From Octopus vulgaris (lineage: Eukaryota): a DNA stretch of 64,000 nucleotides. Location: NCBI GenBank assembly GCA_951406725.2, contig OX597818.1, positions 21,080,001 to 21,144,000 on the forward strand, written 5' to 3'. Below, piece by piece: positions 54,228 through 64,000 of this stretch (position 1 is the first letter of the stretch; each line of letters opens with the position of its first letter). The position numbers were made by a program, and so were the translations under genes. The notes beneath the pieces were generated by a model, which worked only from the letters and a program-made list of their open reading frames with translations, was not told where the DNA came from and did not search any database.

Positions 54228-57069
54228 TTTTTGACAAAACGTCTCAAATTCAAGGGTTCTTTAAAGTCGGTTATGTTGACTCCAGTACTTGATTGCGTTT
54301 TATTTAACTGATCCCAGAAGGGATAAAGAGCAAATGAACATAAGGCACTTTCATAGGGACCATGAAATATCTATCTATCTATCAAAGTACTAACTTTGTC
54401 GCTTCTTCTCACACACGTGCTCGCTCTTTCACATGTTATCTCTAAATAGTTGATTTCATTGACCCACACACACCATATTCTCTCTGCCAGCACCATATCG
54501 TTCTATCAAACCAGTGGTTTTTGTGTGTGTGTGTGTTCATTAGAAAAATAATTAAGAAGGTTGGATAAAATTCCTTGGCTAAAAACTTGAAGTTGGGACG
54601 CTTGGTTATTTTTTGTTTTTGTTTTTTTTTCCTTCATCGTGGCTTCCAATTTCATGTTGATAATGAATATTATCAATCAGGATAATGTCAAGAGATTTAG
54701 ACAGATAGTGAACTTTTCTTTGTTCTGACCATAAAAAGTTTTGTCTTATTTATTTATTTACATCTTACATAACGTGTTTTTGCAAAATGCCATTAAAAAT
54801 ATGTACTATTAAGTTAGAAGGAAACAAATTCTGGGCAGTACCAACTAATTACACACACATAATGTGTGTGTTACCCAAAATATTTTCACTTTCTGGCAAA
54901 TAAAAAATTATTATTATCCAAGAAATCATTTACGTTAATTGTTCATTATTTAACCTATTAAATATTTACCATTGTTTTCATAAATATTTTGCTTCACAAC
55001 ACACACATTTCCCCCTTCTGATATTGTTATCATCACTGCTACTGTTGTTGTTGCTGCAACTGCAGCTGATATTCGATACTACTACTACTACTACAGTCGT
55101 AGTAGTTGTTACTGTTGTAGTAGTAGTAGTAGCAGCAGCATACTGGGTTATGTTATGATATCGTTGTCTCTAGCTTTCTGTACAACTGTTATTTTCATTG
55201 TCAACACGAACAGTATTGTTATCATTATCATCATCTTAATAAAGTCCAAGACTAGTTAGGATTGGTACCTGAAATAACAGCTACACAGGTGGTAGTCGTT
55301 ATCGTCGTTGCGGACCTATGATCAAAGGCATTATTTCCCACCATGACCCCTTTTTTGTTTATCTAAGACTACATAAACCCAGTATATAACCATTCTTCTT
55401 GTATTTTGAGGGAAACGTAGCTGCTATTTCTACTAGATCGAGTAACCTGGTAATAGATTAGTGTAAGCGTTTTGGTTGGTTTTCATGCAGTATAAGTATA
55501 TAGGGATGTTGGTGGTGAATTTTACGTATACCTATATAATCGCGTTTGATTGACAGTCTACAAAAACATCAACTGCCATCACAAACACCAATTTCCACCG
55601 CCAGCACCTCAAGCAGACAAGAACACCTTCACCTTGAGCTAACGTTGGAGCCTTGTATGTGGTTTGTTCGATCTGTTCAAAATAGTTATCAAATTTCCCA
55701 CATACGTTGATGATGATGTCTGGGTTTCGTTGTAAAAAGGAAGGTCACATTATGGTTATGGCTTGAATACATTTGATTATAGGCCTGTTCATTCAAGATT
55801 CCTAAAAATAGTAACCAAATCTCTGTTAAACTGCATCAGTCTTAAATAATGATTGACACATTGGATAATGTGGCGTTAGATACACTAGGTCGGATAAAAG
55901 GATAGAATTTTCATGACGGTGATGGCTTTGATCTTAAGTCAAATTAATCAGAGTTGATTGGAGGCTGAACGAAAACAACAAACCAAACCTCCGATTCTGA
56001 GCTAATGAACGACCCTCTATGTGATCGTTCAAACTGCGAGAAATAGCATCCAAATCTCCCTCAAATCGCTCTCTGCTGCCTTTAAAAGATGCATTTAAAA
56101 AAGGATGTACTTAGATGTCACTAAAAACACAAAAGGGTCCAAAGGCTGAACTGAGGTTTAACAACTAACAAAATCCTTTGCTTTACATTCCATCTACAAC
56201 ACCATTACTGAAATAATCCAACCTGCCAATGGGAACCTCAACATAGTCACTCAACCTGCTAGAAATAGCAGCTAGATTTTCCTTAAATTCCAGTCTATTG
56301 TTTTAAGTGATATATCTTAAATTATATTCCTGAGAGAGAGCAGACTAAACCATACAGCCATGTTTGTTAACTAATATGTAAATATATCATCATCATCACC
56401 ACTATCATTTAATGTCCTTCCTGTTGCCAACCCCCACCTGTTTCCAAGCAACGTAATAAGTTCCACAGCCAGGCATGGCATGTGCTTTTTTTTTTTACGA
56501 ACAACATCACTTGTATGATAGTAATAATGCATGTTTGCAACCATAATGTCAAGACAAAGGTACACACAAATATGCATACACACACACACACAACAGGTTT
56601 CTTTCAGTTTCCATCTACCAAACCCATTCACATAGCTGTGATTGACCCAAGGCTTATAGTAAAAGACACTTCACCAAGGTACTGCACGGCAGAACTGAGG
56701 GACTGAACCCAAGACCACAGGTTGGGAAGCAAGCTTCTTAACCACACAGGCCTGCCTGTGCCTATACATATATTTGTATGTTTGTGTGTGTGTGTGTGTG
56801 TGTTATCTATATTCTAATGATGAAGTTTTGTATCTTTGTTAGAAACCAGCCCCTTCCTTACAGGAAGATCTCAAATAATTCAAAATAGAACATGCCCCCC
56901 CCCACATATGTATGTGTGTATGTATGTATGTATATGTCTACACACACACACAGCCCTTTATCTTGTCATCTGCATTGCTTTAACATATCTGTTTATTCCT
57001 ATCTTTGTCATTCTTTCCCCTTGCCTTCTTTGTTTTCTTATTCTGTTATTCCTTTCATCTGATCCCTAC

Positions 57070-57132
<63 letters not shown>

Positions 57133-58265
57133 TCTCTCTCATACCACTGACTTTATTACCAGCAGGATATAAATGTAAATTCATACAGAATACCTACGTT
57201 CCAAAAAAGACACTCCTCCACACACCACCGAATTACCTTAGGGTGAGAAAGCTGTTCTAATAATACATGCATTCATGCACCCACCAATTCCTCCCTTAAA
57301 CCTTCTTCCTGCCATTTTACCTGTTTTGGTATGAATGTTACATGGAGTTGTGAATGCATTGTAGAATTGCATAGGTATGTCTTTGTGTTTATCATGTCTA
57401 TCTGTTTATCATGTCTATCTATCTGTCTATCTGATGCACACACACACACACATATGTATCACATATCTATATGTATAGTAATCCAGTAGTAATGTAGCAG
57501 TTGGGTTATGTGTAGAGGGTGCACTTATTTTTGAGGTTTTGTCGAAAAGCAGGGAGAGGCAACGCCCATAACAGTTTACAGGTTGTCTATGCCTGATGAT
57601 AGAAAGACATGTAGAAACCTGAACTCTTGCATAGTGGATGTCAAAAAGCAACATGTCAAAGTATTGTGTTATCTTGAGACTAATGACATGGTACAAGCAG
57701 CTGCAGCAAAGTGAACCCTACTAAAAGCACCTTCATGCCAGGGTGTAGAGGTAAATAGGGCAATGGATTAAGTCTACTACTACTACACAAAAACAAGCTA
57801 TAGATTATCTGAAGGCTTTCCATACAGTTGCCAGGTACACAATTTCACTCAAAGTTTCAATTGATTCACAGCTTATTGTAGAAGATACTTGACCAGGTAT
57901 CATGAGCGTGAAATAAACTTAACAACTTACCATGACTGCATGATATTTGTATTCGTGTTCATAAATGAAATGTGAATAGGTGCAGGCATGGCTGTATGGT
58001 AAGAAGTTTGCTTTACAGCCACATGGTTCCAAGTTCTGTCCCACTACGTGACACCTTGGGCAAGCGTCTTCTACTATAGCCTTAGGCTGAACAAAGCCTT
58101 GTGAGTGGATTTGATAGATGGAAACTGAAAGAAGCCCATTGTATATATATATATATATACATATTTAGTTAATCCAAACAAGAAAACACAAAAAAACACA
58201 ACAACGCGAGGACGTGGAACAAATATAGTATTATTGGACGCTCAGGAAAGAAGGGAAGAAGGAGG

Positions 58266-58300
58266 GTTTAACGTTTCGAGCAGAGCTCTTCGTCGGAAAC
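58266..58300 (-). ncRNA. Minimal type I hammerhead ribozyme (U4C variant) in a PLE-like fragment (58165-58350)
   Basis: GTTT-CCGACGA-A-GAGC-TCT-GCTC-GAAA-CG-TT-AAAC: stem I GTTT/AAAC, palindromic stem III ACGT, GUU triplet. Confidence 0.65.
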
Positions 58301-58809
58301 ATAGGAGAAGGGAAGACAGAGGAAAAAAAATCGCCAACAGTACACACAAGGGCACAGAGAGAGAGAGAGAGATGTGTGTGGAGGCGCAATGGCCCAGTGG
58401 TTAGGGCAGCGGACTCGTGGTCGTAGGATCATGGTTTCGATTCCCAAACCGAGTGTTGTGAGTGTTTATTGAGCGAAAACACCTAAAGCTCCACAAGGCT
58501 CCGGTAGGGGGTCATGGCGATCCATGCTGTACTCTTTCGCCACAACTTTCTCTCACTCTTCTGTTGACCTGCTCGCTTAGCCAGCGGGGTGGCGTCATTT
58601 GAAGGCTAAAACAATGCAAAGTGCATTGTGACCAGTGATGTGTAGCAACATTTGATAGCCTGGTTGGTCACGTGGGGATCACAGTGATATAGATGTTTGT
58701 GTGTGTGTGTGTGTGATTGGCCACCATCACTGCTTGATGATTGGTGTTGGTGTGTTTACGTCTCCATAACTTAGTGGTTTGGCAAAAAAGACTGATAGTG
58801 TATCAGGCT

Positions 58810-59026
58810 TACTCTTTACTCTTTTACTTGTTGCAGTCATTTGACTGTGGCCATGTTGGAGCACTGCCTTTAGTCGAGCAAATCGACCCCAGGACTTATT
58901 CTTTGTAAGCCTAGTACTTATTCTGTCGGTCCCTTTTGCCGAACCGCTAAGTTACGGGGACGTAAACACACCAGCATCGGTTGTCAAGCAATGTTGGTGC
59001 ACAAACACAGACACACAAACATATAT

Positions 59027-59057
<31 letters not shown>

Positions 59058-59215
59058 CAATGGGCTTCTTTCAGTTTCCGTCTACCAAATCCACTCACAA
59101 GGCTTTGGTCAGCCCGAGGCTATAGTAGAAGACACTTGCCCAAGGTGCCATACAGTGGGACTGAACCCAGAACCATGTGGTTGGTAAGCAAGCTACTTAC
59201 CACACAGCCACTCCT
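58810..59215 (-). mobile_element. SINE family A, full length, low divergence
   Basis: Reverse complement closely matches 1-365; head AGGAGTGGCTGTGTGGTAAG. Confidence 0.85.
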
Positions 59216-59554
59216 ATGCTTAAACAACAACAAAAAATAAGTATTGGGGTTAATTAATTCGACTAAATTTCTTCAAGGCAGTGCCCCTGCATGGCTGCAG
59301 TCTAATGACGGAAGCAAGTAAAAAGATAAGGATTTATACACATACACACAGTGGAAGCTGCTTATTATGATTACTTTGGGACAGAACTTTTTGATAACAA
59401 TAATCAATTGATAACATTATCTTTTTTATCTTCTTTCAGTCATTGGACTGGCCCTAGTATTTATTATTTGAAGTCTGGTATTAATTTTATTGCTTCTTTT
59501 GCTGAACTGCTAACCCAACACCAGTTAACAAGTGGTGGATGGTGAGGCAAACAC

Positions 59555-59591
<37 letters not shown>

Positions 59592-60527
59592 CATGTATAT
59601 ATCCTTACAGACTTACCAAATTTACTCACAAAGCATTTGTTGTCCTAAGGCTATAATCAAATTTTGTTTGTGATTAAAATAAGCCACTTCCATTGTATCT
59701 TTCATTTATTAGGCTGCAACTGTAGTGGGGTACTATCTTCACTGTCAGTTATATTGATCCCTAGTACCTGATCAGTTATTCATTTTATCAATTTCCATCA
59801 ATAGAATGACCGAGTTCACTTACTTTCCCCTGAGTAAGTAAAAACCACATTGAATTTACACTAATATGCACAAAGTAAGCCACACACAAACACACACATC
59901 ATTGTTTTGACATCTACTTTTCCAAGTGTGCACAGGTCAAAGTTCACAGGCAGATTTTCTGTGGCCTGATGCTCTTCCTGTTGCCAACCCTTGCCTGTTT
60001 CAAGCAAGATTATCTTTTCCTATGGCCAGACATTTTCTGGGAAGATTGGTACCAAACAACACCATTTGTTGATATTTAGCATGTGATGTCAAGACAAGGA
60101 GGCATGCACACACACATACATACATGACATATATACAAGTGTGTGTGTGTGTGTACACACTCAGGGCTTTTTTTGGAGTTTCCATCTATCAAATTCTGCC
60201 ACAATTCTTTGGTCAGCTTGGGGCTATAGTAGAAGGCACTTGCCTGAGGTGACATGCAGTAGCACTGAACCTGAAACCATGTGATTGTAAAGCGAACTTA
60301 ACCACCTAATCAGGTCTATTCCGCTATGTTGTGTGTGTATAAAATATTTACATATATATATGTACAATAGGTTTCTGCACGGTTTCCATCTACCAAATTT
60401 GACTCACATGTAAATGGTCAATGTGAGGCTTTGTGAAACTACTTGTTCAAAATGCTATGCAGTGAGAGCCAGTTCTGAACCATGTGACTGCAAAACAAGT
60501 CTCTTCACAACAGAGCCACGTTTTATT

Positions 60528-60571
<44 letters not shown>

Positions 60572-61141
60572 TCATATGTTATGAAGACAGCTGCGTAAAG
60601 AAGTGCCTATCTCTAATTGTGGAGGAAACCTGTGGAAGAGGTAGAACCAAGAAGACCTTGGGTGAGGTGGTGAAATATGATATTCATTTGTCGAGTCTCA
60701 CAGAGGCAATAACAAATGACTGAGACGTCTGGTGACTGAAGGTAGACAAAAATAAAGCAATTGGCCTAGACTAGAACACTGTGGGTAGGACTAGAAGCAG
60801 AAGGCTTAAGATGTGTGGCTTAGCATAGAATTTGGCTAAATAAACTGATTACTTGAAAAGACTTGGTAAGCCAATAAAACAGTCACAGACACAAGCATTA
60901 GTTTAAAGTACATCTATCTTTCCCTCATTTATTCTACCATTTTGTAATTACTGAATTTGGAAACAATTCTCAACACACACAACCTGTCTATTCACAAGTA
61001 CAAACAAACATTATCATTATAACATTTACTTTTCCATGCTTGCATGGGTAAGACAGTTTGTTGAGGCAGAATTTATACACTAGGTACCCTTCCTGTTGTC
61101 AACCATCATCTATTTCCAAGCAAGTAATATTACCCCATGCA

Positions 61142-61440
61142 GAGGCACATGGCCTAGTGGTTAGAGCAGCAGACTCGCGGTCGAGGGATCGTGGGTTCAA
61201 ATCTCAGACTGGGCGATGTGTGTGTTTATGAGTGAAACACTTGAGCTCCACATGGCTCTGGCAGAAGGTAATGGCGAACTTCTGCTGGCTCTTTCGCCAT
61301 AACTTTCTCTCACTCTTTCCTCCTGCATCTTGCAGCTCACCTGCAACAGACCGGCATCCCGTCCAGGTGGGGAACCTATACGCCAAAGAAACCAGGAAAC
61401 CGGCTCTTATGAGCCAGGCATGGCTCAAGAAGGAACAAAA
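61142..61440 (+). mobile_element. tRNA-derived SINE (family B relative)
   Basis: A box TGGCCTAGTGG, B box GGTTCAAATCT; TSD-like AATATTACCCCATG on both sides. Confidence 0.85.
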
Positions 61441-62791
61441 AAAAATATTACCCCATGACCAGATATGTTCTCACAGAATATTGAAAATGAATGATGTTGC
61501 TAGTATAACAGTGACAATCATTTACAACCATCAGGCAGTGACAATGCAAGAAGACAGAAACACATACACACACTCATGATGGGCTTCATTCAGTTTCCAT
61601 CTGCTTAATCCACTCTCAATGCTTTGGCCTAAGGATGCTAATTTGATCTACCCTTTCTGTAGAAGAGTGTAGGCTTTAAGCATTTAAGACTTCTGTCATT
61701 TTTTCTAAGTGTTAAACTAATACAGCTTGTTTATTGTTCTTTCACCTCATCTTTGTTTTATTTTTATATTTTTGAACCATGTATGTATGTGTACATAATC
61801 CTGTCAAGCCTATATCTGCTACCTGACTTTCTTCTTTTTCCTACCAATTGATCACCTCTCCTCCTTCACTCATCTCCTCAGTCAATCAATCATCTCTCTA
61901 TCACTTAGAATTTTCCTATCGTTTATCTTCCAACTTACCTGTAATGCTTGCAAACTGAGGAATGGCTGTCATCTCAACATCACCATCCCCATTGTTCTGC
62001 TTACCCCACCCTTCACTAGGTTTGTGTATGTGACACTGGATTGGTCCATCATTATTATTCTGCCTCTGTCCACCTTCCTCCTCCAAACACCTCCCTACTC
62101 CTATCATTTCCATGTCACTCAAACCACCCCCACTCCATTTCATCTCACCACCTTTAATGATTGCACCACCCACAGCCTCATCGTTCTGCTGCCACCACCC
62201 TCACTACATCTGTGTACAAAAGACTGCATTGAATCATTTGTATCTAATACACCTGACTTTATCGATGATGCCATCCATCTCTCTATCTACTATCTGTCTA
62301 TCTATCTATCTCTCCCCGTCACCCATCACCTACACTTGCTATGTCCACCTCTGCTTTGCCCGTTGTTCACTCCCCACCACTTGTCTCTACCTCAATAAGT
62401 CTGTCTCTACCATGCTAGTCTTGCTCCTTTTGCAGACCCATTTTGATCTTTCACTATTTCTCAACTGTATTTACCTGAGTGAATTTACACATCTCAGCTT
62501 GTTAAACACTTTCTGCACCTACAGTGTACAAGGCCTCCATCCCCCACTTTGTATGATGGGGCCCATGAAAGAAAGTCAACCACCAGCCCTTAGCCACCTT
62601 GTAAATTAGTTAAAGCAACAAGAGGTAAAATAGGGTAAAAAAAATCTTAATTCTGTCTCACTGAGGACTTGACAACCTCCTTAGTACTGATGTTATGGAA
62701 AACCGATCACATTTGTAACGTGGAGTGCAAATGAATAGAGAAAGCACAAGGTTATGAGACGCCTTCAACAACTTTTTTTAATGTATTATAA

Positions 62792-62958
62792 CAGTGCTCC
62801 ACAACCTTTTTTCACTTGTGGTACACTTATATTCTTTTCAGAATACAGCAGCACACCTGAACTAAAAATATAACTAAAAGTGTAGGGAAAAAATTATATT
62901 CAGGTTATACTTTGGCACACCTAGCATCACCTCGTGGCACACCGGTTTCAGAGCGTTG
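62792..62958. mobile_element. Possible hAT/Charlie-like MITE
   Basis: CAGTGCTCCACAACCTTTTT start, GGCACAC subterminal repeats, TTATAA flanks. Confidence 0.4.
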
Positions 62959-64000
62959 TTATAATGCTGTTATAATATGAAACAATGTAAAAAGTTTTAA
63001 AGTAAAATTACAGACCCTGCATCTTTCCTAATCATTAATAGACTACATCAGAACAAATACTGATGAGTTTACTGGGAACTCTTTTTGTTGGCTTTTCCAG
63101 CATGATGTCATGGACCATGTCAAAAACTCCTGTTTTTCAATGAAGCAATGGAAGATCAACAAGTTCTAGGTGGCTAAAACTGTTTTCAAATCCTCTTATA
63201 AAAATGCTTAATTAGGCTTTATCACATATGTTGGCAGGTTCACCCAAAGCTAAAGAAAATAAAGTCCAAATACAGAAAAGACCTATAATTCAGATTCACC
63301 ACAAGAGTTCTTCAGTGCATCTCTTAAAAGTTTGTTTTGAGAGACAATTTCATCTACATATTTTCAACATTTTTATTGCCAATACTTGCAAATAAATATA
63401 TATTGAAACAAGGTCTAACAATTCCTCCTCCATCAGAGAAAGGTGTTTATAACTTTTTTTTGGCAGTGGGGGTTGTTTGTTTTGGCCAACACAAAAGATG
63501 CTTCTTTCATCACCAAATTTTCACAACTTCTTTCAACATGTGTTTTCATTTCTTACTTTTTCTTAATTATGTATTCTTCCCACAACTTCTATTTTAGCTT
63601 GAGGTAGTGTTTTCTAGTATTTATTAAGATGATGACTTCTATTATGTGAGAAACTATTTTCATGAATAATGTACTAGTTTTCTTAAAAGGACCCGCTATA
63701 GATAGGTGTCCATATCATCACCATTTATTGAATTCACACTTTGTATCCCTTTCTGATTTTTTTCCCTGATTTTCTTTTGCATTGTGATGGGTGTGAAATG
63801 AAAACACAACTTAGTTTTTGTATTTTGAAAACACACTTGCAAATGTCCACAAAGGAATAACAAAGTACAATGGAACAGTGTCAAACAAGCACTGGTTCTT
63901 GTCTAAGTCATCATCAGAGGTGGGCACCATTAATCGAAAAGTTAACTTCATTAATCCATTAACCTAAAAGCTAATGTCGATAATTGTTAATCCATTAATT

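Larger units (their letters stand above)
52785..54335 (+). repeat. Local diverged direct duplication (52785-52890 vs 54233-54335)
   Basis: ACAAAA[T/C]GTCTCAAATTC..GGTTATGTTGACT..CCCAGAAGGGAT present twice. Confidence 0.6.
57978..59330 (+). mobile_element. SINE family A host carrying three nested inserts
   Basis: 5' half 57978-58145; 3' half split into 58700-58808 and 59220-59330. Confidence 0.7.

Noticed and set aside
61142-61215. tRNA-like A/B boxes here and at 40889, 53520 and 58380
   Set aside because: SINE heads followed by SINE bodies; no complete cloverleaf
47100-64000. CNRIP1 exon 2
   Set aside because: No acceptor-bounded frame resembling the CNRIP1 middle region was recognised; probably beyond the window, though I may have missed it

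Overview
AT-rich, microsatellite-saturated animal genomic DNA; the SINE families and (TA)/(CA)/(GATA)/(CATA) load suggest an Octopus-type cephalopod genome (inference). Nearly all ORF-track entries are microsatellite artefacts. The only host coding sequence I can support is a first exon of a CNRIP1/CRIP1a homologue (46924-47090, +), which the ORF track misses. The rest is nested mobile DNA: an internally deleted Helitron with a nearly intact Rep-C/PIF1 helicase frame, non-autonomous Helitrons, a full-length decayed mariner, Tc1/mariner, Merlin-like and hAT-like MITEs, RTE and CR1-like LINEs, Penelope-like (PLE) remnants and many tRNA-type SINEs. Most notable: (1) minimal type I hammerhead ribozymes in PLE-like termini, including fold-back palindromes that appear centred on hammerhead stem II; (2) R4/Dong-like retrotransposons that lie strand-specifically in (CATA)n tracts and share a 3' stem-loop; (3) recurrent fold-back palindromes that extend small existing hairpins in unrelated elements. 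Boundaries were read by eye and SINE/LINE edges are approximate.
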